Assembly (NCBI GenBank): GCA_964016885.1
Contig: OZ024743.1
Coordinates: 340,566,001 to 340,630,000, forward strand
Reading direction: 5' to 3'
Length of the DNA stretch: 64,000 nt
From: Eledone cirrhosa
Lineage: Eukaryota
The notes under the pieces were generated by a model. It was not told the origin of the DNA and did not search any database. It saw only the letters and a list, made by a program, of their open reading frames with translations. The position numbers and the translations under genes were made by a program. Within the stretch, counting starts at the first letter, position 1. Every line of letters starts with the position of its first letter. This document shows positions 1-13,296 of this stretch, piece after piece.

Positions 1-153
1 CAGCCAGCTCTGCATTTTAGCAGACTCACTGATTTGCATGCCAACACAAGAGCGAGAGAATGAGGGGCTCATTGTACTGATATAGCTTAAAAAGAGGCTG
101 TTTGCTTAATTGCAAACGAATCGAATATTATTATCAATATTCGAAAATCTAGT

Positions 154-160
<7 letters not shown>
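1..160 (+). mobile_element. 3' end of a non-coding retrozyme-like repeat (family of 36655-37410)
   Basis: 44-150 aligns with 37251-37357 (ACACAAGAGC...TTGCAAACGAATCGAATATTATTA); 1-40 resembles the reverse complement of ~37050-37090; ends in (TA)n. Confidence 0.75.
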
Positions 161-218
<58 letters not shown>

Positions 219-226
<8 letters not shown>

Positions 227-720
227 AAGAATCAAAGAACTGTTCAAAACATTTTTGTGCTTACAACTGTTTCCTCCAAACCGAGGTTTGGATTCTTCGG
301 AGCAATTTATTAATGAATGAACAGTTATATGACCTCCTTTTTACCCAAGAGACATACAGATACATATGCAAATATTGTGGGTCAACATTCATTACAGCAA
401 TTAGAGTGGCAGTACACATTTAGAGATTACATTCATATTAAAAGGTACAGTCAAAAATACAGGTTAAAATACAACATGAAAATAAGCGGTTATATAGTGC
501 AAATGGTATATGTGTGGCAAGCACGTGCGTCTTGTTTATATAGTGTGGCATAAAACTGCTCTGTAAATCATCTGATGTTTTTACATTGAGCTACTTAACT
601 TACTGGTAATAAGGTAGTAATATATTACTGCCTACCACTATTTAGGGTTAGTATAAAAAAATATATATAACTGCAAAAGGTTTTTGTATTTACATAACCA
701 TAAATAGTATAATTAATACT
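219..720. mobile_element. PLE remnant: minus-strand 3' UTR arm with hammerhead plus inverted tail arm
   Basis: Hammerhead at 258-304(-) homologous to that at 15757-15801; 555-640 resembles the tail at 15855-15935; both ends in (TA)n. Confidence 0.65.
258..304 (-). ncRNA. Type I hammerhead ribozyme, CCGAAGA core variant
   Basis: Minus strand: UGCU CCGAAGA aUCCAAAC cucg GUUUGGAg GAAAC aguu GUA AGCA. Confidence 0.7.
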
Positions 721-1663
721 ATATATATATATATAGTATTATCCGTAGTGTTGTAATATGAATATTATACACAGTAGATGGACAGCTCACGTAGGGTTTG
801 CTCGACGGTTCCAGTTGTAGTTTCAAAAGTAATCCGGAGAAAATAGAAGGATTTAAATGGATACAGTTCAGTAAAAGGAATTTATTGGCACGTGTTTCAA
901 TAACAGTTATATGACCTGAAAACAGCTGCTATCTACAAAGTTTTAACTATGCAGACACTCAATATTTCAATGTTATTTTCAACTACCATTTCATCAGAAT
1001 AATATCATTGAGAACTTGTTTGGTTTTTATAGAGAATATTAAGAGGGAGGAGTGAAGTTGTTAGAAGAATAGTAAAGGGAGTGGATAGAAATGTTTGATA
1101 GCAGTGGGTAATTAGATTCCCATCTGTTATTTTGTTAGTTGAGTTTGACATTTTTATGACATTTTTAAAGAATATTCATTATTTGGCGTTGGCTGTATTG
1201 GTTATTTTTCTAAATCTATAGAAGGATTAGAGATAGTAAAGATATGCATGGTTGGTTTTGTGTTTGCATTAATTCACATACAGACTTAAATTTTTCTTTC
1301 AAGTGTACGTATCCGTTCGCCCACACATAAATATATGCGTATATATACTTATATTTAAAAAAAAACACATTAACACTCACACACATATATGTACACCTCT
1401 ACAAATACATACACTCACATACACATACTTACATGCTCATACTTACATACATATATACCTGTACACACATATATATATATATATACATATATATATGTGT
1501 ACATACATACGCATTCATGTATATACACTTTTATACTCTACTTATCTTCATATACACACATATAGACACACACATATATACATACATACTCTTGTCCATG
1601 TGTATATATATATATATAAATACACATATACATGAATACACATACATTTAATTATACACATCA

Positions 1664-1700
<37 letters not shown>

Positions 1701-2336
1701 TCACCCACTTATTTACTTATTTATATACATTTTCACATATATATATTCATATGGTTGCTTTTAGACACATTCATTATAACATATTCGCACCTATTCTCAT
1801 CAGCATATTTATCCATTATTAGTGTGATAATTTAAGGTTAATAATAGTACATATATATGTTGAGAAGAGATTGTTTTTATATTTTTCTAACTTGATTGAG
1901 GATTTGTAAGTTGGGAGGATGTCCCTCGTTTATGTAATATTCTGCTTGTAGTGGGAAAAAAGGGTTTTAGTTCAGTGACGGCAGAATAATGTTCGTTCAA
2001 TTCTGTTATTAAGCAATTTCTTCTTGTGTGTGATTTTGTAATAAATCTCAAGATTACATAATTTGCAGAAATTTTGGCTCCTGGAAAATCTTTGGGTTTT
2101 AGCTAATTTCTCCCATTTTGGGGTAAACTTTTGATCGCTATCCCTGAGCGTCCAAGCTTTTTCTGCTAAAGTTGTTACATTTCTTTGGCTCTGGTGTTTT
2201 ATTGAGTAAGAATGCCTATATAATCGACATTTAAACGATGTTGCCGTTGATCCCACGTAATACCACTCGTTACCTCCGGATTCAATGGTACACTTATAGA
2301 TGATATTTTTTCAAGGCAGTTATTGCCAAGGGGGCA

Positions 2337-3152
2337 TACACCAATAAACCAACAAACAAAACTAATAGAAAGCGATGCAAAGAGTACTTATGGTATAACC
2401 CTGAATACAATAGTTCCATTAGTACAAATTTACCAGTACTCTTCTTTAAAATAGTTAGGAAACATTTTCCTACATCACACAAATACCACAAAATCCTAAA
2501 CCCTACCACTATAAGACTGTCATACTCTACAGCGTTAAACCTTGAACAACACATAAAAAAGATTAATACTAGAAGGTTAAACGAAAACACTAAAAACTTA
2601 AGTACAAAGAGCACAAAAAAAACAGTAGACAATACACTACAGAACATAAATAAACCACACCTAAGTTCGTCCGCAATACTACTCCAGAGTGAACCTAACT
2701 ACAAAACCAACGTACACAACTGTAACTGCACCTATCCTGACAATTGCCCCCTTGGCAATAACTGCCTTGAAAAAAATATCATCTATAAGTGTACCATTGA
2801 ATCCGGAGGCAACGAGTGGTATTACGTGGGATCAACGGCATCATCGTTTAAATCTCGATTATATAGGCATTCTTACTCAATAAAACACCAGAGCCAAAGA
2901 AATGTAACAACTTTAGCAGAAAAAGCTTGGACGCTCAGGGATAGCGATCAAAAGTTTACCCCAAAATGGGAGAAATTAGCTAAAACCCAAAGCTTTTCCA
3001 GGAGCCAAAATTTCTGCAAATTATGTAATCTTGAGATTTATTACAAAATCACACACAAGAAGAAATTGCTTAATAACAGAATTGAACGAACATTATTCTG
3101 CCGTCACCGAACTAAAACCCTTTTTTCCCACTACAAGCAGAATATTACATAA
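2337..3152 (+). pseudogene. PLE RT-thumb/linker and GIY-YIG endonuclease fragment (frameshifted)
   Basis: LWYNPEYNSSISTNLPVLFFKIVRKHFPTSHKY; YYVGSTASSFKSRLYRH; NFCKLCNLE; FCRH. Confidence 0.9.
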
Positions 3153-3382
3153 ACGAGGGACATCCTCCCAACTATACAAATCCTCAATCTAGTTAGAAAA
3201 ATATAAAAACAATCTCTTCTCAACATATATATGTACTATTAATAACCTTAAATTATCACACTAATAATGGATAAATATGCTGATGAGAATAGGTGCGAAT
3301 ATGCTATAATGAATGTGTCTAAAAGCGACCATATGAATGTATATATGTGAAAATGTATATAAATAAGTAAATAAGTGGGTGA

Positions 3383-3439
<57 letters not shown>

Positions 3440-3612
3440 TGATGTGTATAATTAAATGTATGTGTATTCATGTATATGTGTATTTATATATATATATATA
3501 TATATACACATGGACAAGAGTATGTATGTATATATGTGTGTGTCTATATGTGTGTATATGAAGATAAGTAGAGTATAAAAGTGTATATACATGAATGCGT
3601 ATGTATGTACAC

Positions 3613-3643
<31 letters not shown>

Positions 3644-4113
3644 TGTGTACAGGTATATATGTATGTAAGTATGAGCATGTAAGTATGTGTATGTGAGTGT
3701 ATGTATTTGTAGAGGTGTACATATATGTATGTGTGTGAGTGTGTATGTGTTTTTTTTTAAATATAAGTATCTATACGCATATATTTATGTGTGGGCGAAC
3801 GGACACGTACACTTGAAAGAAAAATTTAAGTCTGTATGTGAATTAAGTGCAAACACAAAACGAACCATGCATATCTTTACTATCTCTAATCCTTCTATAG
3901 ATTTAGAAAAATAACCAATACAGCCAACCCCAAACAATGAATATTCTTTAAAAATGTCATAAAAATGTCAAACTCAACTAACAAAATAACAGATGGGAAT
4001 CTAATTACCCACTGCTATCAAACATTTCTATCCACTCCCTTAACTATTCTTCTAACAACTTCACTCCTCCCTCTTAATATTCTCTATAAAAACCAAACAA
4101 GCTCTCAATGATA

Positions 4114-4234
4114 TTATTCTGATGAAATGGTAGTTGAAAATAACATTGAAATATTGAGTGTCTGCATAGTTAAAACTTTGTAGATAGCAGCTGTTTTCAG
4201 GTTATATAACTGTTATTGAAACACGTGTTAATAA
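4114..4234 (+). ncRNA. Hammerhead ribozyme with ~90-nt extended stem II (mirror copy 882-1002 on minus strand)
   Basis: UUAUU CUGAUGA AAUGGUAGUU...AACUGUUAUU GAAAC ACGU GUU AAUAA; palindromic stem III ACACGUGU. Confidence 0.7.
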
Positions 4235-4267
4235 ATTCCTTTTACTGAACTGTATCCATCTAAATCC

Positions 4268-4298
<31 letters not shown>

Positions 4299-4302
<4 letters not shown>

Positions 4303-4554
4303 GATAAATCTACCAAAAGTTTACGGTAGTGTCCAATCCGTATGAAGAACTCAATGTAATTCCGGATATCATGGAAAGAAGAGATGCATTCAAAAATCAC
4401 TTTCGGTGAAAGATAAACGGAATACAGAGTCAAGATAAAATATTAAAAAAATAATGAATAAAACAATGAAACAGTTCCTTATATTAAACAGTTCCTTATA
4501 TTAAACAAAAAAAATATAAGGAACTGTTTCATTGTTTTATTCATTATTTTTTTA

Positions 4555-4563
<9 letters not shown>
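4299..4563. mobile_element. Miniature inverted-arm insertion with one-sided tail (probable PLE remnant)
   Basis: ~50-bp inverted arms 4435-4484 and 4513-4563; extra ~135 nt on the left; (TA)n both sides; no ORF. Confidence 0.55.
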
Positions 4564-4610
<47 letters not shown>

Positions 4611-4996
4611 ATATATATATACTTATGTTTAAATACATATGTGTTTCTTCTGACTTTGTTCTAACTCCCTTACGGTTGAGTAAAATAAGGCTGTAACTAA
4701 CTGCTTCTCTATCAATGAACTTACTGGCCACCAGTCAACCCATCACAACACTTCTATCTTGACCGCTAGCAACGTGATAATTTTCACCCCTTTTGAATTT
4801 GTCCCTTGATAAACGTGAAGCCTCAACGATTAGATATTTCCATAAAGTACAAACGAAACTGTCGACTGTCGGATCAACTTACATTTTAAACTTAGCTCCG
4901 TTTAATTGATTATTTATTTAGTTCAATTCTCCGGACTGCCTGTTCTTCAAACTTATAATTTTATATATAATATATATAAAATTATATATATATATA

Positions 4997-7900
4997 CGAG
5001 CTGAGCTACCCAGTGATACTCGGGTATTTTATGAAAGTTACAATATATTTGGCACACATTACAAAATATTTGACCATTCAAATATGATTGCTGAATTTTA
5101 ACCAAAGTAGGAATTATAGCAGAATATTTATTGCCGTTTGGTCAAAGTAAATCATCTAGATAAACATATTAGTTTTTTCCAGTGGTGATCTTTTGAATAC
5201 TGCTCCCTTTTACAGTCAGCATATATAATGCTTTACTCATAGATGAATCATTAGGTATGTTGTCAGTGAAAAGGGCATGACCAAAAAAATACATATAGAT
5301 TTTATTATGTATCCTTTTCTTTTTTTTTTTTTTTTTTTTGCTCAATCTGAACCTCTGAAATTCAAACAATATGTAAAGACTGTTTTAAAAACCATAAATA
5401 ATATAAGAAAATAAATTTAGCATTGGTTTATGATTGAATGAAGCATTTACTTACACATTACTGTAATTCGGGGAAAGTGTATTTAAATTTGTACACTCTA
5501 GCTTTCACCAATCTTTGCCTCTATGGCAGTAGGATCTTGTTTGAGGGAGATTTGTTTTCTATTTCTATTAGCTATACCAGCAGGTATAGTGGCTCACATG
5601 ACATACATAGATACATACACACACATGTATGTGTGTAAGACAGTTGTTTATGATTTGAAATGGATTTTGCTAATATTTCTAGTATATCGAGTTATCACAT
5701 AGAAACGTTCCTTTTTGCTTCATACATATATACATACCTGAGAAAGTAAGGTGGGATTTGAAGGAAATTTGGTTGCTATTTCTATCCAACAAAGTCCTCA
5801 CTTATACTACTTTATATAGCAGATGTACCCGGAAATGTCTGCATATTCTTCCAAAGCAACACCATGCAGTAAATTTGCGGCTTCAGAATTCCTTGCAAAC
5901 TACATGACTAAGGAATTAGGATCTGTGTGTATTGTCATTGAATGAGGAAATACGACATTGCTCATTCCAAAGCCTCTGGATAAACAACATACTTGGTTTT
6001 GCCCTGTGGTGTCACAATGAAGAGACAATCAGGGTTCCCAAACCTTGTTGTGCCAACATAGAGTTGACCATGCGAAAAGACAGGATATGCCAGATTCAAC
6101 CCAACGACTTTCACTGATTGCCCTTGAGATTTATTAATGGTCATGGCAAAACTGAGCCTGGTCGGAAATTGAAGTCTTTGAAATTCAAATGGCAAATCAG
6201 TTGGCTTCAGAGATATTCTATGAATGAAACAATTGTCACCAGCAAATTTTCTTGACATGATTGCAATTTCTAGAACATTGGACATCATATGTTTGATGAT
6301 GAGACTTGTGCCATTACAAAGTTTTGGAGGATCCAGATTGCGAAGTAGCATAACCGATGGTCCAAGCTTCAGTATCAGGTTGTGTGGAGGAATTCCCACT
6401 TGTTCAAAAATTCAGTTGGATAGTTTACAACCTGGTCGTGAGAAGTGATTGTGTCAACTGATTTGTAGCATATTTTCTCTCCCGGTAACATCTCCAGCAG
6501 CCTTCTGTTGATTTCTTTCACAACAACATTTTTAGGTGCTAAGATTGCTCGTTCACAGAGCCATTTCGGATCACATTGCCTGGTCTGAATGTTTGGAAAC
6601 ACTCTGGCAATCAGTTCTTGTTATGTGTCAATGATATGGCCAAATGACAACTGAATATGGTCATTGGAGTCCTTTTCAAGAAGTCCATTTCCCAATTTAT
6701 GTAGTTGGATGGCAAACTCACTGACACCTTCGTCACCCGTTAAGTGCATTCGCATGTTGGTTGTAAGGCTCAGCAGCTGAAAGTGGGGCCAGAGATAGGA
6801 TGTTTTCAGACAGGCATTGACCTGATCAGCTCAAGTCTCTCTAAGAATTACAGGCAGAGTTTGTCCGAAATCAGCAGCAAGAACCATTATCACTCCTCCC
6901 ATTATGCAACTATTTTATCTCAGATCCCTTATCGTCCGGTCCAAAGCTTCAATTGCTCCTTTATGGCTCATAGTAGCTTCATCCAAAATTATCATCTTGC
7001 ATGTTTGCAGAAGCTTGCCCTTGGGTGAGTTCTTCTTGATGTTGCAAAAAAGATTGTTCATGCCGTTTGAGATCTATGGGCAACTTAAACATGAGGTGTG
7101 CAGTTCTTCATCCATTCAGAAGTGTTGCTGCAATGCCACTTGAAGCCACAGCAAGGGAAATATGTTGCTTTTCGCGAACCTTTGCAAGCAGGAGGTTTAT
7201 GAGGAATGTCTTGTCTGTACCAGCAGGAGCATCGATGAAGAAAAGTCCTCCCCTGTCATTTGGAATGTTTTCGATGATGTTGTGGTAGGCGTATTTCTGG
7301 TCATCCATCAATCGAGGTTCATTTTCATCCACAAACTTACGCAATGCTTGAATATCGTAGTTTGTCTCCTGAAAAATGTCTTGTGCTACCTCCATTTCTT
7401 CATCTGGCTCTGACATCTCGCAGTTAGCTAATGTGCTATTCATTTCCTGAACTCAATGGGACAGGTCACAGAGAGCTTGATTATACATCCTGCGGGTACA
7501 TTCCATATACATATTGCCATGATGTCTTCGGGCTAGGTGTAGATAGTCGTCCGACATATTGTTTTTGTACTCTTGCCAGAGTAGATGAGCTTCATCAATT
7601 CCACATGCTGTAAGCATAATAGCAAATAATTGTCTTATTTGACTGGTTACTTGAGTGATTGCTGCTTCTTCTAGGCACTTCCAGTGTCCATTGTCATGCA
7701 GGAGTCCATGCTGTTTACATGCTTCTTGGTATGTTGCACACTCCCTTCCTCTGAAGCACCTAAGCACCTACTGGTCCTCTTGAACAGTATGCAGAAGTAG
7801 CCGTAAATAAAAACATTCTCTGTTGTTGGGATGGACATTGTAAACACGCCAAATAGCATCACTTGACTTGACTTCATGGTCTAGGTGTAGTATGTTGGGA

Positions 7901-9862
7901 CTTCAGCATATAGGAGGGATCGAGCAAATTCATCATTCTGGCAGAGTTTAAAGAAAGCAGTTAGTGTAGTGTCATGTGATGCTTGTGACAACTGATGAGC
8001 AGTGATCTCAGTGAAGTACACTCTCTGTCCATTTTCCAGATGGACTGCGGGGTTGACCACTGTTGGGTGGCGTTGATGGATATCAAATCCAAAGATTCGC
8101 CAGAAAGCTTCATTGCTGGAGATGTATCGTCCTGTTTGATACCGTTTGACCTCATCCAGCCACCATCGTTGAGTTCCTTGTCAGTAATAAAGGTAGCCAC
8201 GTTACTGCCCTTGTTGATATATTTTGTGACATATAGGATTGCTTTGACGGAGCTGCAATGCTCAACATTGATATCAGCTTTTAAAAGTTTACACAACAAT
8301 TTGTTGTGTGGGATGACCCACTGATTGTTTATGGTCAGCTCTTCTCCTCGAACTGTTAGGCTTGCAGTATTGCCTCCATGTTCTGGTCTGCGCCTACGAT
8401 AAAGGGGGTATCCATTATTGTCAGTCCGAGTTTCCCAAATAAATGCTCTAGGGCAATGTTTGCTGCATTTTTGATCTTTCATGCAGGGAGAGGCTGGATT
8501 GATGACTCCACATAGACCATGAATGAGTTTGGACTTGATGGTTTCAAAGAGCTCTGGATCACCACCTTTATCAGGCAACTCTGCTGAAATGATCTTATCA
8601 ACATCACCTGGTCTTATCTTCTCCTTGCACCAGATTAGTGTGTGAGAGTGAGGAAGACCTCTCTTCTGCCACTCAATAGTGGTCATCCAAGTACTAAGCT
8701 CACCAAAGATTCTTCCTTCTTTTAGGAGCCAGATGAGTTTTTTTTGCTTTTCATGGAAAACCCAAGCAATGAAGTCATGTCGATCCTTTGGTTTTTGATT
8801 TTGAAATAATTCATTTGATATTTCTTACCAGTTTGAATTGCATGTAAATGTAATGAAGATATCTGGCCGACCAAATTTTCTGACATAGGCCATTGCATCT
8901 TGCGTACGTTCATGCATGTAATGTGGTCCTCCCGTGAAGCTTGATGGTAGTATGACTGGCTGGCCAATATTTTGTGGGTCAACATCAGAATTGATGGCAT
9001 CTCTAAGGTGGATGTAGTTATCTGCCCTCAACTTAGTTTGATTCCTTCGCAGAAAACCCAATCTTTCTGTTTCAATTTTGGCATACATGTCCACCATGAA
9101 CTGGCTGGTTACTTCTTTGAATTGCAGAAATTGGTTGAAGTGATCACGTACCATGAAATTATAAGCATAGGATTCTTTGAAGCTGATTGATCGGCCAGTT
9201 TCTTGTCCCGTTCCTGGGCTGATCTGCCGTAGCTGAAAATGATATCCATCTTGACCATTCCAAAATATGAGCGGATATTGGCGTGAATCATAGGCTCTAT
9301 GAGTTTCACAAATTCACTCCAAATGTCAACTTTGTTTTTGCAAAACAATGTCACGTCGTTCATGCTGTTTATCAACCATTATGATTGCAACTTCATCAGT
9401 GACTGGTGCATTGAATCTGCGTTCATGTTCTGAATCTGGGCGTTTGTCTGCCCTAATGATGATTTTACGATCTCTGGTTTTGTTCATATGCTCCAGTGCA
9501 TATTTAAATACACTGACATACATCTGATGTTGGTGAAGCATTTCTTGTAACTTTATGACTGCAAACGTGATCACTTCAATCAATATGAAGAAATGCAATC
9601 CACCATGGACATTGGTACATCTTTGTTGTGCCTGTGTTTCATTTCCTCCCATGAAGTAAACCTGCACAAATTTGTGAGGCTCCTGTGAAAGTAGCAGAAC
9701 GCCACCAATTAAGTGGTAACACTGTCCCTGAATTTTATAAGTTGTACAGAACCTAAATTCAATCACATTCCTATCAACCCAAAAGATGTCATTTCAAAAG
9801 CAGAATTATATTTTATAATGTATTTATTGAAGTGTCGTGCTTCTGGTGTATGCTGAAGGAGC
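4997..9862 (-). mobile_element. Decayed autonomous Helitron (RepHel), 5' part missing
   Basis: Rep motifs FITFTCN, EWQKRGLPHSH, YVTKYINKG; Pif1 helicase motifs DAPAGTDKTF, FAMTINKSQGQS, FSHGQLYV; 3' hairpin CCCGAGTATCACTGGG and CTCG end at 4997-5026. Confidence 0.95.
5962..9862 (-). pseudogene. RepHel (HUH replication initiator plus PIF1-like helicase), many frameshifts and stops
   Basis: Colinear ORF fragments 9326-9766, 8825-9154, 7961-8686, 7453-7767, 7108-7443, 6375-6602, 5962-6399. Confidence 0.93.
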
Positions 9863-9871
9863 ATATATATA

Positions 9872-10619
9872 TTTCGTTTCTGAATTTGTTTAGCAAGATT
9901 CTTTATCTGAAATCGTGTGTTGAAATCGATATTGTTATACTTTGGGAGGGTCATGTTGCCAATAAGAAACACACGCACCATGTGCTTTCACTTCAATTTA
10001 ATATAATAAATTTATAATAAATTTATAAATTTATAAATTTCTGGTTGGTTGGTTGGTTCCACAACCAGATAGTTGTTTATACATAGTCATAGTTCTTTCG
10101 TCACACACTCTGTGACCTCTTCAGTGACTGGGGATTCCTTTCTTTGTTTCTGTGCCTCTCCTTTGTTCTGTCCTACACCATTTTGTTTCTGTGTGTGTGT
10201 TGTGTGCTTAGTCTGCGCATGCGCCACATCCGGATGTCTGTGTGTGTTTATGTTCATTTATTTATTTGTTTATTTACATGTTACTGGTTGGTTGTTTGTT
10301 CTATGTGTGTGTGTGTTTTCATTTTGTCCTTAATTGTAAGTTGTGATGTTGCTGTTCCACTCATATTTAACAAAATGGCGTAGGACAGAACAAAGGAGAG
10401 GCACAGAAACAAAGAAAGGAATCCCCAGTCACTGAAGAGGTCACAGAGTGTGTGACGAAAGAACTATGACTATGTATAAACAACTATCTGGTTGTGGAAC
10501 CAACCAACCAACCAGAAATTTATAAATTTATGAATTTATTATAAATTTATTATAATAAATTGAAGTGAAAGCAACTGGTGCGTGTGTTTCTTATTGGCAA
10601 CATGACCCTCCCAAAGTAT

Positions 10620-10627
<8 letters not shown>
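9872..10627. mobile_element. PLE 3'-end inverted pair with hammerheads
   Basis: Arms ~9929-10186 and ~10370-10627; left tail 9872-9928; (TA)n both sides. Confidence 0.85.
10427..10471 (+). ncRNA. Type I hammerhead ribozyme (mirror copy 10085-10129 on minus strand)
   Basis: AGUCA CUGAAGA gGUCAC agagugu GUGAC GAAA Gaa CUA UGACU. Confidence 0.8.
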
Positions 10628-10670
<43 letters not shown>

Positions 10671-10676
<6 letters not shown>

Positions 10677-11125
10677 ATTAAATAAATGGAAAACTATATT
10701 TATAAAACCATATTTATTTCATTATATATATTTCGGGGATATCATATTAACAATATGCTATGCCTTCATCAGACAAAATACAATATAAACAGTTTTATAG
10801 ATAAATATATTCGACATACCGTAATAAACATCAACTTCATTTGAAGAGGTTTACTCTAGCAGTCAAATGAAGTTGATGTTTATTACGGTATGTCGAATAT
10901 ATTTATCTATAAAACTGTTTATATTGTATTTTGTCTGATGAAGGCATAGCATATTGTTAATATGATATCCCCGAAATATATATAATGAAATAAATATGGT
11001 TTTATAAATATAGTTTTCCATTTATTTAATATTGTAAATATACTCCAAATATTTGTCGAGTGCTTTTATATCAGTTATAAATATTTACTAGTTGTAACCC
11101 AACAATTTTAAATATAACTTTACAT
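10671..11125. mobile_element. PLE 3'-end palindrome with hammerheads and right-hand tail
   Basis: Arms 10671-10844 and 10863-11036 (no mismatch seen by eye), 18-nt spacer, tail 11037-11125; related to the ends of 30381-35360 and 58061-58430. Confidence 0.9.
10928..10991 (+). ncRNA. Type I hammerhead ribozyme with palindromic stem III
   Basis: AUUUUGU CUGAUGA...GAAA UAUAU AUA AUGAAAU. Confidence 0.7.
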
Positions 11126-11165
11126 GTATATATATATATATATATTTATTAAAATAACAGATTAA

Positions 11166-11216
11166 AGTTTAAGCAAAGAATCGCTGCTTTCACCCTTAAC
11201 GGGATCTTCTGAAACT
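11166..11216 (-). ncRNA. Hammerhead-fold RNA with CAGAAGA core (copies at 39980-40030 + and 50138-50188 -)
   Basis: AGUUU CAGAAGA uCCC guuaa GGGu GAA AGCAG cgauucu UUGCU U AAACU; all three stems can form. Confidence 0.65.
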
Positions 11217-12104
11217 AACAAAGTCAATCTGTAAACGCAGAACTGGATATTTCAAAAAACGTTGCAACCGGAGGAAGACAGGAAGACGATACTTTGGTTC
11301 GTGGTAACGTTCGCTCGCAAAGAACGGGAAAAAACGAATAATACGTCATTAATAGGAGCGGTTAAAAACAATTACGCGCAAAGACAGAACCACGTTTATG
11401 GTATAAAAGAGGTCGTAGACTAATGTTCTCTTAGGCGGTGCATAGAGACGTTCTCTGGCAATGAACGAAAAAACGAAGATAATAAGTCATATGTGGAGCG
11501 TGGAGAACAATAGCACGCAAAGACAAAACCACGTAAATGGTATAGCAGAAGTCGTAGACTAAAATTCTAACTAGGAGACCAAATGAATCTCCGCTACAGA
11601 GTTAAGAACAAAGTAAATAAATACAATACAGAAGTAATAGAAACAAATAAATACATACACGCAAACAGATACGTACATACACAAGCATACGCAAAACCTT
11701 ACCATAGGTATACAAAACCTCGCACATACAAATATGTGTGTGTGTGTATGCTTGTGTACAAATAAATAAATAATTATATAAACGTATATAAGTAAATAGA
11801 TACGTATATAACAAGCGCACACACATACCTACATATAAATAGCTGAATGTTCGGAGACGTAAGTCAACTAAAACAAGAAGTACACATATACACCCACCCA
11901 CCATACGTACGAACCTGCATACTCACGCAGACGCAAAACTCCCGTATACACATAGCCAAACCCTAAATACCAGAATATGTAAAAATTATACGCCATAACA
12001 GTCAAATATACGTACGAGAAGGTATACATACCTTCACAAAACATACGGGTAATATATACTTACCTATGCAAATAAGTAAAGGAATAAACAAAACATATAC
12101 TTAG

Positions 12105-13296
12105 CTACCACGTCAAGACGTAAAATATCCACGTATAGATCGTGCTATCCGTTAGGGTATAACGTGGGGCTGTAATACAGGAAAGTTTTGTGCAATTTTG
12201 TTTAAGATGTGGTCTGTGGCGTAGAGTATTTCCAGGGCAGAGGTCACATGGTCTTTTATTTCCGTTATACGATCTAGCCCTAGCTAGGATCTCCCAGTGT
12301 AACTTATATTGGGTGTGGTTGTCTTTTAGACTCCAGATATAAGCTGAAAGTGACGTCATATTCCTTCTTAGAAGGTAACGAAAAGAATGGGTATGCATGT
12401 AAAGACGCTGCTTGAAACTATTGGCGGTTAACCCTATGTAGGCCCTACGAGACGTGGGTGTTACAACCTTACAATTGTAGACAATGTTACTAGAGAGGCA
12501 TTTCCCGGATAGGGGGCAATCAGCCCGATTCCTACAATTAGAGTTAGTACTAACTACAGGGTTGCACCTGTTCCTACGGCTAGGTAGTTTAGCTAAATTT
12601 GAAGCTGTGATGTTATGTGCAAGGTTAGGAGCCGTAGAGTAAGAAATTTTAATAGTATTTCTATTAAAAATTTTACTATATTTATGTGTAGGGGGAAAAT
12701 GCTTCGTAATAAGGGAAAGAAATATCTTAGCTAATGGTGTGGCCACCTCCATATTATATGGTGGGTTAAACCAACAAATGCGACGGGATCTATTTCTTCT
12801 AGGTCTATTTTCGTACTCAGTATATGCTACCTTATCGACAAATCCACTTCGAGCAAGAGCTTCATTGTAATAAGTGGAATGGTCGTTGAAAATGCGCTCG
12901 TTGGTGGAAAGACGGGAAAGCCTCAACGAAACGTTTCTTACCAGGTTCTTGGTTATGCTGGTAGGATGGTTGGAATGCTTACTTATGTAATTAAGCGTAT
13001 CATTCGGCTTTCTATACGGGTAATACAACCCATTCAATAAATTGAGGGTAACGTCGAGGTAATTAACGACCGAGACATTGGCCTCAACCTGTATAGAGAG
13101 GTTGAAGCCTTTAAAGAAGGCTGTGAGTTCTTTTCTGAACCTGTCGCAAGCACGAGGTCCGCACTTAGTCATGGTCAAAAGACCATCGTCACGGTACAAA
13201 CCACCGCCCGCGTTGGGGAATTCGTCCTTGATAGAGAAAAGATGGAAAAGGCCAATAAGATCAGTAACCTCCGCAGAGTCACTGGCGCCCATACTC
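12105..13296 (-). pseudogene. PLE RT (C-terminal half) plus GIY-YIG endonuclease
   Basis: YRDD catalytic motif; IVY...YIG; C-terminus frameshifted relative to the 39121-39801 copy; first ~20 aa of the track ORF come from the cap. Confidence 0.9.

Larger units (their letters stand above)
735..4272. mobile_element. Head-to-head pair of 5'-truncated PLE copies (Naiad-like): 735-2336(-) and 2337-4272(+)
   Basis: Inverted arms 844-2336 and 2745-4272; WYNPEY...KHFP...CNC..CP..C, YVG, CKLC, CRH motifs; left arm has a 109-nt extension; (TA)n on both sides. Confidence 0.92.

Noticed and set aside
110-1835. ORFs rich in YI/IY, HT, CV or SL repeats (here and throughout)
   Set aside because: Translations of (TA)n, (CA)n and (GA)n microsatellites
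1972-1985. Selenocysteine recoding, as reported for some Naiad PLEs
   Set aside because: The TGA here corresponds to CGA in the mirror arm (CpG decay); no TGA seen at conserved Cys positions and no convincing SECIS
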